This document shows positions 33,555-47,600 of a stretch of DNA of 64,000 nucleotides, in pieces. The notes under the pieces were generated by a model. It was given only the letters and a program-made list of their open reading frames with translations. It searched no databases and was not told where the DNA came from. The stretch is from Rhizodiscina lignyota (lineage: Eukaryota), in contig ML978127.1 in assembly GCA_010015805.1 (NCBI GenBank), positions 1,116,001 to 1,180,000 of the forward strand, read 5' to 3'. Position 1 is the first letter of the stretch, and every line of letters begins with the position of its first letter. The position numbers and the translations under genes were made by a program.

Positions 33555-35908
33555 ATGTTCTACAGTCACGAAGGCACGACCATCCATACCTCACGCGCAA
33601 TCCGATATATGCTGACAATTATTAGTCCTGACATCGCGCAAGTACGGCGTTGCGACCATTTGGTGAGTCCAGGAGTCGTTATGTCTGCCAACAGCAAGAG
33701 GCTAACAATGCCAGGCTCGTCGCCACACTCGGCTCTAAGTCGTCCTTGAAGAAGGTCAATCGAAAGGCCATTCTAGAGGTCGATGTATCGAAAGCATGTG
33801 AAATTATCATCGCGCCTGAAGCGCCAATGGCGTTGCGCCTGCAGAGCAATCTTCTGTGAGTACAAGGCGTCTGCACAACGTCCAGGACGCGCCGACTAAC
33901 GAAAGCCGCGTAGATACGGCGTTTCGCGTGTTTATTCGCAACAATGTGGTTACGTCCTCACCGATGCGCAAACAGCGCAGAATCATATGCGCGCGTTGCT
34001 GAGCGTCGTTCGCACGGCAGAGCTCGACCCTGAGGCAGGACGCGCCAGGTGAGACCCAACGCACACACTCTATTTGATTAGCACTGACAATCCCGACAGA
34101 CCTGAAGCACTCCTCCTCGAAGATGACCCAACCTTCCTTCCCGACCTGGCGTTCGTGCCCCTTGACTTCGACTTATCTCGTCTCGAAGCGTCACTTTCTG
34201 GTGGCTCTCAAGCTTCGAAGTCTCTTTCACCGCATACTGCTCGAACAACGCCACTCTCTGATCATGCGGGCCTTATTTTGCCCACGTCGGATACAGGCGG
34301 CGTGGGTGACATTGGAGATTTTGGGTTTGGTGGCAGCCCCCTGGGTGAAGGCGATTTGCGGCGCTTCGATGACGATGGAGTGCTTCCTGAAGCCGACTTC
34401 ACATTCGATGAGGAAGGCAATCTCCTTGATCTCAGCCAAGTGAGAGCCGCCTCTGCAGCGCTGCAGAGAGCAACACCAAGGCCGCGATCAGTCCAGGGAA
34501 GTGAAGCGCCAGCAAGTCTTAGAGCACGCTCTATACTCGAGCCAGTCCCACAAGGAGATGACGTGGTAAGTTCATCGAATAGATTGTTTACCGATTTTGC
34601 TTACTGTCTCGAAAGCATACTCAGCCTATGGACGTCGACCTGCCATCAGTTGGCGATGATTACGATATCCTCCCAGACGCCCCTCCATTCGAGACACCTC
34701 CTCGCCCAGAAGCCCATCATTCCCCATCTGCGCGTGTCTCCGAAGAAGATGAGATATCCTCCAGCGTAGCAGCACCTCAGCGCAGACGCAAGGCCCCCAA
34801 AATCTTGAGTATAGATGAGGCCACCCAGCTTCGCAACAGTGACCTCGCACGCTGGAACAACGAATACGCTGAAAACATGGCGGTGGCCACCAGACATAAG
34901 ATGAATCACAAAGCACCCCTTCAAGCTAAGCTTAATGCCGAGGAGTGGATTCTTGGTGTAGGATTAGGTGGCGTGGGCCGTGGCATAGGAAACAGCAACG
35001 TGAACAGCCCTCTGGATATCTTCAGCGGGGCTAGTCTGTACAAGGCATTGACAGGCGACAATCTCACGACCATCGGCCAGAAGCGAGAGCACGACGCCAC
35101 CATAGCGGATGAAGAAGACGTTGAGCGGCGCCGCGTCCGTCCTCGTACTGAGAAACTTGAGGAAGAACTGGGACGAGGAGCGGGGGAGACATTTGATGAC
35201 CACGATGACTTCGTCGGCGTGGAAGATGACATCGAGATGCCACGAGAGGCTGGAGAACCACTCGCAGACGAGTCTACAGTTATGCCATGGAACGTTGCTG
35301 CGTTTCAGCGCGGCTCATCAGTCGGACGTGGCCGCGCCGGCAGTCTCGCAGCTGTCCCATCTTCTGCCGTAGGACTGAGCTCTATCGGCGGCCCTTTGCA
35401 AGGGCTTGCAGGTCCGGCAGGTTCAGTCTCACAGCGCGGCCCTCGTTTTGTCAGTGCCAGTCCGTTGGCGGGTCGCTCCCTTCCACTTGCTGTTGGTCCA
35501 GGAGTACCTACAAGCGACACAGGCGGAGAAGGTGGCGATTTTGGCCTCGGTGCTGAGCTTCCAGAGGACGTAGACCAAGACGCCTTCGAGCTGTACGGTC
35601 CCGCTGCGGGAGTTGACACACAGACTGCGGAATCGAGCCGGTGGCAGCGTACCGTGCTTGATGCGGAGAGCTTCAAATTCCTCGAGTTTATCGAGAAGGG
35701 AATCGAGAAGGTCAAAGGTGGCGAAGAAGAGACGGACACAGTCTTGTTTGAGGAGGTCTTACCGCCAGCTGACTACTCATATGTCGTGGCGGCCCAGGGG
35801 CTTTTGCACGTCTTGAGCCTTGTAACGAAAGGCCTGATTACAGCCAAACAGCCGGAGCCATTCGCAGCGATCGAACTGAAGGTGCTGCCAACTGTCGACA
35901 CTATTTGA
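33555..35908 (+). CDS. REC8: Meiotic kleisin Rec8 (Rad21/Rec8 family)
   Basis: Exons 33555-33573, 33626-33662, 33715-33855, 33914-34048, 34100-34565, 34625-35908. MFYSHEVLTSRKYGVATIWLVATLG...PMALRLQSNLLYGVSRVY; C-terminal VAAQGLLHVLSLVTKG winged helix; separase-type ExxR sites ELGR and EMPR. Confidence 0.88.
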
Positions 35909-38900
35909 AAGAAAGAGGAAGCCCAGTACCGAGACCCACCAATCGCTAGCAACAATTACTTTCAGAAATACAGAAGGATACATGTGGGAAGTGGAGATGA
36001 TCGAAATCGAACTAACCGCCCTGGCGGATACTTGCGGATGGTGTCTACGATGAGGGTTGTAAGATATTTGCGGTTTCTGCTCTGTGTAGATGATGGTTTT
36101 ATGGGGATATCGTCCCAAGGACTGAACTTCGAGGATACATGCATGCATTCAACTGCCCGATGGCGTTGACGCTTTGCTGCAACGTTGCTGTATATGTAAA
36201 TTTAGAAGCTGTTGTATCCACAGCAGATGAACACAGAAAATCCAACACGATGGTTAGATGTTAATGCTATTAATATGAGAATACTCGCCGACAATGCCGT
36301 GCCACAATGTGGATATGTTGGTTAATGGGGGCCAGGAACAAATGCAGTTCAGCCACTTCAGGAACGAGTTAGGGTGCCTGAGGAATAAGGCTGACGACCA
36401 GCACTGTACACTTGTACCTGCAGTCCCATCGCTGTACACTACTGCTACACCACGTGCGACAGCAAGACCTTTTCACGAGTTCGCTTCGGGGCGAGTCAGC
36501 CGTGGAAAGGTCGCCCTTGTTCATGGTCAGCAATGTCATCACCTCCGCTCGACCTAAACGGGATACCCTCGCTCTGTTAGGCTGAAAATGTCGAGTCTGC
36601 AAGCTGCCATACAAGGCTGAAAGTCTGATGCCGCGATGATGTTCAACGGCATATCCTGAAACGCGAAGGAGGTGTTGGAAGGAATAGGAAGATATCCTCC
36701 GGCGCTTGTTGAAGCGCATGTTCTGTTGAACGACTGCATATGTGCATAAAGCAGAATGCAGAGATAACCCCGAGCCTTACCACCTGCTATGCGCTGGGAG
36801 GTAGGTTGCACAGTAGGGATGGTGACGACTGAATACTGGCGCCGGAGGCGGTGATGCCACTGATGCACATGGCTGATATCTGCGACGGTGAATGTTCTCT
36901 TCAAGGTAACTTGATACTGAATTCGAAGTCTGGCTTTCAGGGAAAAACACCACCAGCGCTTACGAACGAGAAAAGTGCGATCTCGCTAGCGTTGGTGTCG
37001 CGAAAGCGTCTCCTGTGCACATCTTCATACAAAACCCATGCACACTCAATCCACATCAATACATATAATGTCTCAATTACCGACCTCCGCACTCATACTC
37101 AATAGCGTCTCGGGAATAATCTAGAACCATGACATAGTAGTGCAATAGAGCTATGGCAGCGTGTAAGCGCCAATGCGACCTTGGTCACGCAAAGAGTCGG
37201 ATGTCGCCACGAATCGGCGAGGGTCTCGCCAGCTCTGTGTAAGCATTTCCTCTGCCCCGTCAAGCAAGTCAGGAATGTCTGCGGAGGGACACGAGGGGTT
37301 GTTTGAACGTAACATTGCACGGCATTAGTCCGATGAAACTACGAGATCTCGCATTTTCCTTTCGTTCTGCTTCGTCAATCCGCAGGAACAGTCGCACTAC
37401 TTGCGAAAGGCTCTCGGTTGGTAGGAGTGCAGCCCGTCAGCCGCGACTCGAGAATGGAATCTGGCAGGCAAATCGAGGAATGAGGCCCTCTTCGTGTCAA
37501 GGCTCGGGAGGATCAAAAGGGTTTTCCCTGGAGGTCATCAGCAGCCGCTTTCCCGCAACGAGTGGCTCAACTGCTCTGCAAAAGCCGCCGGAGCTATACT
37601 GCAGCGGGCATGGCGGAGCGCGGTCCCCGTCGAAATCCATGCAAAGCATGCCGACGCTGCAGCAAATGAACGCGCAGAACAGTGCTTTTGTCGACGGGCG
37701 CTCAAGCAGGCGACCTCGACTCCATCACACACCTTGCATTTTGCCGGGGAAGAGACGTCTCGTGGCTATTCGCTCCCACGCAAGCACCGCAATTGATGGC
37801 TTTATTGAGTATGTCTCAGAGAAACTCGAGTCCTCGGCCGTCCGGACGCTGGACGACGGATTTTGCCGATAATGCGACGTTCAACCACAGGCTCACGCTT
37901 CGTGGAGATGGGCAGGTCCCACCGGCTTGGGACTGGGCACGCCAGCATGAACATCCACTATGAAGAACCTGCTGCTGTACAGGAACTGTGGCAGGCTAAT
38001 CTGTACTCTTTTGGACCCTCATGAGCTGTCCGCTGTGATCCGAGGCGGCGACTTCGCCGGCCTTTATGCTGGGTGCTCATTCAACGGAAGCAATTCGTCA
38101 CCTGGACGCCCACCAATATGGTTGCGGCCTCTAGCCGCCGAACTCTGATGCTTGCAGGTTCACGCATCCTCACGCATTGAACAGCTGTGCGACTCAAAGT
38201 GGAAATACAAGCGCCTAGCAACACCTCTATGACATGAGCACATTGCCAAAGGTGGGTTTCCAGACCTCACGAATTGGGAGTCTTCCGGTTCGAAGCGCTC
38301 TCTCGAAATCACAGTCACAAATTGGGGCTTGCGGTCTGCGAATGGGCCGCCCCGTTCACTTTGAAAGGCAGGTGGGCGATGCGCCAGTTCATAGGTCACG
38401 CCTGATCAGTGGCGTTCCAGTAGGCTGGGGATTGCCTGACGCTTTGACATGCGGACCTTGCAGGGAGCGAGGCCTGCGAGTGCTTCTCCACTCCCACCAG
38501 GGTTCAGCGAATCTTTGAGCTCGATGTGTGTGCGACGCTATAACCCTTTATCGGGTCACATAATCTGCTACCTTTCCTTTTCTCCACCTCGTCGTCCTTT
38601 TGTGTCATCTGTCTGACTTTCACGTCGTTCACTCCTTCACCACAATTGACCGTTGCGCTCGCCGAACGACGTCGAGGAAGCTGGCATTTCTCGTTGCGAC
38701 TCGGCTGCACCACACCGACTCGGTCCCTGTACATCAACCCCAGCCACTGCGCACGATAGACCACGAGCTCCACATACCGAGGACAGCAATTGCAACAGGA
38801 CCTATTCCACGCCGAGCGATTTCATTCAGATGTAGTCGCACACGTCATACAGTCTAGCATCTCCAATGCGCACCAATTCTCGGATTTCAGCTTGTGCGAC

Positions 38901-39010
38901 ACCTGCTGAAAGCTAGATACTGGTACGATACTTTGTAGGGGTCTAAGCAAGAGGTGGGAAGCTCGAGTTTCGTCGCCGCAACTGCGCTTCGAAGGATAGA
39001 ATCTTTCAGG

Positions 39011-41672
39011 ATGCCCATTATACCCCGGGAATTGATCGAACGGGCGGATGTGGTTTTCGGACAGTTGGAAAGCACGGCAGTCCTCGCAGAAAGAAAGATA
39101 GCAGAATCAATCCATCAGCTTGTCGCCAGAATTAACATACCTTACAACAACGTCACCAGTCCACCAGGTCTCATAGAAGCGAATACTCGAGATCCATGGT
39201 CGAAGAGCGGCAAATATGCGCTGGGATGGGTTTATTTCAGCATCATTCTGGTCGTCTTTGCGGCAGTGCTACGATTCTACCACTTCTTTACCGATAGGAT
39301 AAGGACGGCGCTGCATCAAGAAGAGGTACAGACATCCTGGGCACAGAAATCCTCAAAAACCTCATCCCCCGACTCTGATTACACCTACAATTACGAAATG
39401 ACCAGTCTGTACACTGACAAATCGACCAATAAGCTGTTTCCACGGACTCTGCAACAGGCGCCGGAGCCCCAGATTCAGCCGTCGGTCTCTTCGTTAGGAT
39501 GGCTCAATGGTCTGATCGCCCTGTTTCGATACATATTCTATCATCCTCTTCCAGAAATTAGAGTACGGAAAGGATGGAGGCCAATTGTATTCCCGTCGTT
39601 AGCGGTCACGGTGTTAGTATGTGCGGCGTTGATATTCGTCACGTTGCAATGCTTCGTACCACAGCCGCTTTATTGGCAGAGCATTGCATTTGGCTCACCT
39701 CCACTTGCGATCCGTGCTGGAATGCTGGCTGTTGCCATGATACCATGGATCATCGCAACGGCTATGAAGGCGAACCTCGTGTCCATGATCACAGGCATTG
39801 GACATGAGCGGCTGAACGTGCTACATCGATGGATGGCGTACCTCTGTCTCTTCCTCAGCCTTGTGCATACGGTTCCGTTCTACGTCGGAGATGCGAAGAA
39901 TGCGATTGCATTTCAAATCTATAAGACGTACTTTAACCTTGGCAATTTCTACATTTATAGCTCAGGTAAGCAATATTTACCCGCGTCACAGAGCATCACT
40001 AACCTAATTGGCAGGCATCGCCGCTCTCGTACCACTCATCTTCCTTTGTGTCCACTCCTTATGGTTCATCCGAGCTAAGATGTACGAACTCTTCGTATTT
40101 CTTCATGTTCCTGTTTCGATCATCTATCTCGGCATGATGTTCTGGCACTGCCGAAACTACCTCACGTCATGGAATTACCTTTTTGCCACCATTGGCATCT
40201 GGGTCTCCTCATACGTTCTCCGCATTATCTTCTACCTCAATTGGACACGATGGACTCGCCTTTCGTGGCTCATTGGCGACGAATGTTCTGTTACCCTGAT
40301 GGGGGAGAACGCCATCAAGATCACGATCCCCACCCAAGTGAAGTGGAAACCGGGTCAATACGTCTATCTTCGAATGCCTGGGATTAGCGCATTCGAAAAT
40401 CATCCTTTCACCATTGCTAGCTTATGTAGCGATGACTTTCCCTCGGAATACGGCGCCCCAGAGGACGGGTATCGCGACATGGTCATCGTGTTCCGTCCCT
40501 TTGGTGGCTTTACTAACAGAGTGCTAAACTCCGCATACCAGAAGGGCCCCTACCACACTTATCGAGCATTCATTGACGGCCCATACGGTGGCACGCGACG
40601 ACGGTTAGACTCTTTCGACAATGTGGTCTTGATCGCAGGCGGAAGTGGAATTACAGCAATCGTATCACAACTCCTCGACCTCATCAAGCGGATGCGAGAC
40701 AGTAAGGCCGTCACCAAGAGCGTCTCTGTCATCTGGGCGCTCAAGCGACCTGAGACGATGGACTGGTTCAGAGAAGAGCTTCGGATATGTCGAGAATTCG
40801 CACCACCGGACTCGGTACAATGCCAATTCTTTATCACGGCCGCTAAGCGACAGCCCAAGACTGGGATTGTCATGAGCGCACAGACACCAAATCGGCCCGT
40901 TAGCGTATTCTTCCACGAGAAGATGAACGAGGCCTTCCAAGGTATCGCGGAGAAGCGGCTCAGCCAGATCAGCACAAAGCGGCATTCCGCACTCATCGCT
41001 GACGAGGCGAAAGGCGATGTCGAGATCGAAAGGAAGTTGAGGGCTGAGAACGAAGACGCTATTACTGCGCTACCGCAGGCCCATGTCATGCCCGTCCGGA
41101 ACTTTTCGCAGAAGGGACGTCTGGAGGTACCTCGCAGTTTCTCAGAGCATCGGGGCTACGGGGGACAGCAAAGCCAAGAAGACGAGGACGAGATCACGGC
41201 ACCGGAGCCCGCGATGGGTGGACCGGGGCCGGCTATGAGCATGCGTCAATCCAATACGGATAAGCGACGCAACCTCTCCGTCGACGTTGCCGCCGCCATC
41301 CAAGCAGGTCATGGTGCTATCGACCCTACCGTCTTGGACACACCAACGCCAGGGCCAGGCCAAAGCAACGGCTTTGACTTCGGTTTCCCTTCCACTCCAA
41401 CCGAATTCCAGAAGAACCTTATGCGGTTCGCGTTCCTACCCGCTGCGGTGAAGAAGCGGGATGGATGGAGCACAGAGTACGGACGGCCGCAAATACCATT
41501 CATGTTACGAGAGATGAGTAAAGAATGGGGGAGAAGAACATGTGTGTTCGTGTGCGGCCCACCGAGCATGCGGATTGCCGTCAGCAAAGAGGTGGCGAAT
41601 CTGCAGCGGAGTGTATGGGCGATGAAGGATAGGGATGAGATTTATTTGCATGCTGAGAACTACGCGATTTAA
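39011..41672 (+). CDS. Ferric/cupric reductase (FRE-family flavocytochrome metalloreductase)
   Basis: Exons 39011-39965 and 40015-41672. Heme His pairs (LHRW/LVHT, FLHVP/FWHC), FAD motif HPFTIAS, NADPH motifs DGPYGG, LIAGGSGIT, VFVCGPPSM, terminal HAENY. Long low-complexity insert in the NADPH domain. Confidence 0.93.
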
Positions 41673-42349
41673 TTTACGACTTTGCTCTTTTGCCGCGAGG
41701 GAAAAGGAGGTGTGTGAGCGCGAGAAGAAGTGATGATGGTCATGAGAAAAAGAAGGCATTGGTATGCGATGGGAATTTAGCGAGCGTCTTTCTCTTTGGT
41801 GCCTCTTTGGAGGAATGATGATACCTGCCGCTCACTATGGCACTCCGCCCGGCATTCTCCTTGAACATCTTTCTGTACATAATTGCGCTTTTCTTCTGAT
41901 GTTGATATCCCGGCCTCTCAGAGCCAATACACAATCCTCAATTACTGCACTACATGTCTTATACTGTTCTCACCAACCTCTCTAAGGCCAACTTCCGCGT
42001 GCAAGCCACATGACTGTCCCGCTCAGTGCCAAATTACGACAAAATCGTCGAATGGAAAGTAAGCGTTGCAAGAAGAGAGAAAACTGATGAGAAGAACAAG
42101 AAGTAGTACACAAGCGTACTATTTAGCTCTACTAAGTTCCACGAGCAAAGCAATGCGGTAGTATGAGCTGTAAATCTATGTGAGATAGGCATAGAGACAT
42201 GATCAACATCATATGGCGCGCTGTATACTCGAGGGTACGAGAAATTGAGAAATACTGAGGCTCTATAACGGTGCTTTGAGTTGCTTTGAGGATATTTCGG
42301 GACTCGGTGCAGACCAACTTGGACTTGCAAATGACATCCGTACTTCGGC

Positions 42350-43144
42350 TTAGTACCCTACAGCCACCAAGTCATCGAATAGAGCGCCAACATCCAGAAC
42401 TCCACCGGTCTTCAAGTTGGGTGCCTTCGACCCAACCACCTTGAAGGTCATTTCGCTGAGATTGCCGGTCTGCTCAAACGTGCACGGTCGAAATGCATAA
42501 TTGCTCAGAGGCACCCAGTTGACGAGTCCCGTTCCAAGGATGTCTGGTGGATCATAGTGACAAGTGTAATCAAAACCGGGACCCTGGACTGCTATGTCCT
42601 AAAGTGCAGTAAGCACATCAGTCCGATGCTATCGGAGTACTGTAAGTACGTACGCAATCGACGAGAATTGTCGCCGTCATCGCAAGCAGCGTACTCAGAC
42701 TGGGTCCGACCCCGGGTATGTTTCGTAGCTGACTTGCGCCATTACTCAGGAAGCACGCTACATTGACGGAGACGGGTTCGAATGAGTTGAACGGCGATCC
42801 ACTGGCTAGTGCGACGGTGCCCGGAACTTCTTGAGAAGGCAGTGAAACGAATCGCTTGTCGCCATCCGGCGACTTGAAAAGCACAGGAAGAGCGAGGATT
42901 TGCCAGTCGTCGCCACGAACGGTGAAGTTGGTGAAGGCAAGACCGCATGAATCTGAGGGTGCTGATCCGGGAGTCTCGTTTGCGAACTGGTTAAGTAGAA
43001 TGTTAGTTGATAGCGCCGCCGTGAAATAGGGCACCCTACAGTGCAATTTAGAGTGCTTGAGGGCGAATTGTCGTCAGCAGCGATAAGAGGTTTGCAGAAC
43101 AAGAGAGGAATCAGCCATATGTAGTTCAATGAGGTTGGAAACAT
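42350..43144 (-). CDS. Small secreted protein (~228 aa, 6 Cys in the mature part), unknown function
   Basis: Exons 43144-43040, 42986-42654, 42598-42350, all phase 0 with GT...AG. Signal-peptide-like MFPTSLNYIWLIPLLFCKPLIAA; ends GALFDDLVAVGY*. Confidence 0.72.
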
Positions 43145-43569
43145 TGTGCATTGCTTGAAATTCGATTGAAGAGGCACGATCTAAAAGCTGAAGGAAACTG
43201 AAGCGGGAGCACGGCAAAGTTCGAGAAACCCAGCGTATGAAAACACTGATAGAGTTCCACAGGCAGGAGCGCAACCCATTGCTGCGGCTGCAAGGTAACA
43301 TCGCACGCATGTACCAATCAGAGTCATATGGAGACTGCTGGGAGTAGAGACATGTTTTGCTCGCCAACTGCAGCCCACGTTCTATACGGATGAAAATCTT
43401 GGTGTACCATGAAGCCTTCAACGCCACGCACATAGATAGTCCGTCCTGGTATGTGGTACTCCTTCGCTCCATCTAAATGCAGACATCGCCATTTGAATTT
43501 GCCGTCATTATCTCCTTCTCTGTCACCAACAATCGGCTTTGCTCGTTCTAGCCCAACATGAGAGACTGT

Positions 43570-44188
43570 TCACACCTTCGCATACTGAGCAGTCCACTCT
43601 CTCGCCGTCTGTATGGCTGCGTTCTGATCCTCCTTCCACCGCTGTGCCACGTCGTTGGCCAGAGGATCGTCGGGATTCGGAGCGCCAAGGAGAGCCTGTA
43701 TCGAGAGGAGGATCGTGCGGATCTGGAGGGCAGGAGACCAGTTGCCTAAATTGGGAGTTAGGAAAGTGGGAAGTGTGAATTTTCTGAATAGAAAGGCATA
43801 CTCTTCAGCACATCTAGGCAGATGCGACCAAGGCGGTCGATGTTCGGGTGGTAGATCTTGGTGAGGAAGCGGACTTTGGGAGGAGTCATGGGGTAGTCGT
43901 CTGGGAGGAAGAGCTCAAGCTTGAAGGTGCCTCCTACGAAATATTAGAACGAGTGTAATTTCACAGGCATGGCGGCAGTAGGATAAGCACCTTCGTATGG
44001 AGACTGGGAAGGGCCATCGACGGTCACATCAAAATAGCGCAGATTCTCTTCATGTGGGACTGCGGTGATTCCGGGTACACTTTGAGTACTATCAGTATAC
44101 TCTACGGCGCGGATATGCAAGGTTAAGATACATACGGCTCGGCCATGAGACGCTCAGTCTCCTTGATGATTCTCTTTGGGAGCGCCAT
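43570..44188 (-). CDS. UBC13: Ubiquitin-conjugating enzyme E2 13 (K63 chains)
   Basis: Four exons. [62 protein letters not shown]. Confidence 0.97.
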
Positions 44189-44650
44189 GACTGCGATTGT
44201 GGGTGGAGGATATGTTGGAGTTTCCAATCTCGTGGTGCTGGTTTGGGAGCTGATGTGGCGATGTGGAAGCGATGGGGGTAGGAGAATGCTGACAGTCTGG
44301 TGGCGACGAGGCAAACACTCAGGCTAGAAGCTGGCCAGCAGTTCTGCTCGGTGACAAACGCGAGGCTGCAGTAGTGAAGCTTAATTGACGTGGGAGCGCG
44401 AACCTGAAATGTTGCAGTCACGCCAAGGCCTGTTCTGCGCCGCGGGGCTTCCAGAAACTCCTCCTGCATATCGCGCCCCCAAACCCTGTACCTCCCGTGG
44501 CCGTGTCAAGTCGGACGATTGCCAAACGAGCGATCGACTCAGCATTCAACAATGATGGGACGATGCACAGCTACTTGAACACGGCGCTGTCGAGGAGACT
44601 TGCATCATACGATGCGCGAGACTCGGCATTCCGTGAACGCATAACTATCC

Positions 44651-47600
44651 ATGGACGGTCACGGGAGCCCACGAGATTCAGGACCTTCATCTGCGCTTCA
44701 AAGCCCCACGTTTGATCGAGACGTAGAAATACGTGTTAATGAGACCGTCGGCTCTGCTTCTATCTCTCCAAGTGGACGAGATGTCGTTCTCGCGTCCAGA
44801 GAAGGCCTTCACATCATTGACCTAGATGCCCCATTTTCTCCACCACGCTACGTGGCTCACCGGTCTCAATGGGAGGTGGCAGACGTTCAGTGGTCACCTT
44901 TTTCTTCCAGAGATTCTTGGATCGTCAGCACCTCCAATCAGAAGGCCCTAGTCTGGAACCTGAATCTATCCTCACCACAGGCCCCCATCGAGCATACGCT
45001 ACATGCTCATTCGAATGCAATCACTGACATCAACTTCTCGGCTCACCATGCGGACATTCTTGCGACTTGTGCTGTTGATAGCTATGTCCATTGTTGGGAC
45101 CTTAGAAGACCTGCCAAACCGGTTATCAGCTTTGCAGAATGGGAAGCTGGAGCAACTCAAGTCAAGTGGAATAGACAGGACTCGCATATCATAGCAACAT
45201 CGCATCAGCGAAAGTTTATGATATGGGATGACCGAAAGGGCGCTCATCCAGTGCGTAAGATTGAGGCTCATTCAACGCAGATCTACGGCATCGACTGGAA
45301 TAGGTTACGCCCTGAAGCGCTTCTCACATGCTCTCTGGATCGCACCATTAAATTCTGGGACTACACGAAGCAAGATGATATTCCAGAACGCGTCATTAAA
45401 ACTCCATACCCTGTGTGGCGCGCTCGACACACTCCATTTGGATGGGGAATACTTGCAATGCCAAAGCGGCACGACTTTAATCTGTACATGTACGACAGGA
45501 GGCTCGATGGTATCAATGGCAGTCAGGCATGCATACCGCCAGTATGCCGCTTTGGGGGCCACGAAGATCAAGCTAAAGAGTTCCTGTGGCGCTCTCGCGG
45601 TGGTGTACTGGATGGAACTGACAATCGAGACTTCCAGCTAGTGTCTTGGGGAATGGATCGTTGCCTTCGTCTTCACCGCGTCGATCCGCATCATGTAGAA
45701 GCAGTCGGACACTACAAGGGAAGAGAGGTCCACAAGAAACTCAACCTCACACGCGCTGGAGCTGTATACCGAACCTTTAGGGATGAACAACCGCGCAGTG
45801 AGAGCTTGAAGATGCCGGCAGAGCTGAAGCCACCTCGTCCGCCTGGGCTGCTTGGTCTGACGCTCATTCAGAGTGGAATGGGTAAGTCTGCAGGGCTGAA
45901 CAATCTCGCCGCGAACGCCCCAGCTGGTATGCAAGCCCGTCGGCGAGCAAAGAAAGCAGAGAATACCATCGACTGGATGGGCGGCGTGAAAATGGGCAAA
46001 GCTGCTGTATCAGGTCTGCCTAGGAATTCTATCCGGCCAACCGACCATCAAGTAGTCTGGGACACACCCGACTCACTTAGTGACGAGATCACGTATGTCG
46101 GCAAGAAATATAAGAAGGTCAACTTCGAGCACGCAGATGTCAATCGAAGGACCGCGAAAATCACCTTAAATGGACCTTGGGGCTCAGAAGATAAATCTGC
46201 TTTCATCAGGGTGACGCTCAAATTTCCTACAAGTTATCCAACGAATGCAATACCGCAGTGTCTATTTGAAAAGACAACATCGGCCATCTCTGACGAGACT
46301 CTGGCTAAGCTGAGACACGGAGTGCGATCAATCTCTGACTACTATGGACTGCGCCGATGCGGGTCGCTGGAAGCTATTGTTACGTATTTACTTGGTGAGC
46401 GCGGCTTGGAAGATAGCCTTGCATCATTTCCCGGTGCAAATGGTCTTGCTGCAGATGAGTCTTCCAGCGATGACGACGACGATGACGACGCTATCGGAGG
46501 AGCAGAAGACCTCGAAATGAGCGGTACGGATCTTGGCAGTGGATTGACTAACAATGCGAATGTTCCTCTGCCAAAAGCATGCGGCGCCATGTTTGCTGAA
46601 GATGGGCGCTTGGTCTGCTTCTTTCCGCCGAAACCAGAGCCAAAGCCGCTGTTCAATCTTGAAGCACTCCGTGGAGGTGACAAGATATCCAAAGGCACCC
46701 GCTTGTTTGAAGAATTTGGTCGCTACCGAACTGAATCGCCAGAGCCGAAAGAATCGTCAGAGGAGGATGCTGATGATGAGGATGAATCTTCGGAGGGTTC
46801 GGTGACCTCTTCGTCCGCATCCTCTACCTCGTCAATAGCATCAGAGGACATTATCAGCGCTCTACCCAGTCGGTTTATGCCCCCAGCAGCATGGCGAGCA
46901 AGCACCATTCGCTTTCAAAAGTCATCACAACATTCTAGCGCAGGCTATTCGAAGAAATCGAACCTTCCGAAGCCGAAATCATATATTTCGATCGTTGACA
47001 CACGGGATTTGCTGCCAGCGAAGAAATGTCTGGCAGAAGAATACGAAGTGTTTGGAGAGGGGCCTTCAGTTTGCGCTCACAACGGTGCAGTCGCGAAGAG
47101 ACATGGTTTGGACGATCTTGCTCAAGTATGGGAGCTGATGAGGCTCATTTTGTTCAATCAAGTGCCCTTGGAGATATTGCCGCAGAACTATCGAACAGAT
47201 CCAATCTTGGTTGTGGCACGACGCGCCATCGCACGAATGAAAAAGAAGGATAGCGCAATCGACCTGGGAGCGGATGGCGACGGCACTGCCCTGACTGGAA
47301 GAATAAAATGGGGCAATCATCCATTGGCGGGGAAATGGCTGATTCCCAGACTATTCGACCATTTCGAGATGCTGGCTGATACTCAGATGTTGGGAATGAT
47401 GTCCTGCATCTTCTCCGAACCTGCAGCGAGTCAGCCAGTTGCAAATGCACTCATGCGGTTGAAACAGCAAGAGCTTCCGATGTCTATGAAGAGCCCCGCC
47501 TTTTCACTGGATTACCATGCGTCTGATGAGGTGGCGTGGAGTTTGTTCAACCGCAGAGCAGCTCCAGTAACTATAATCAGATCTGGTGTCCCCACGCTGT

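Noticed and set aside
36000..38500. ORFs up to 189 aa between REC8 and the reductase; possible Mac1 or SreA metal-response sites
   Set aside because: No coding signature, and no convincing consensus site cluster was found.
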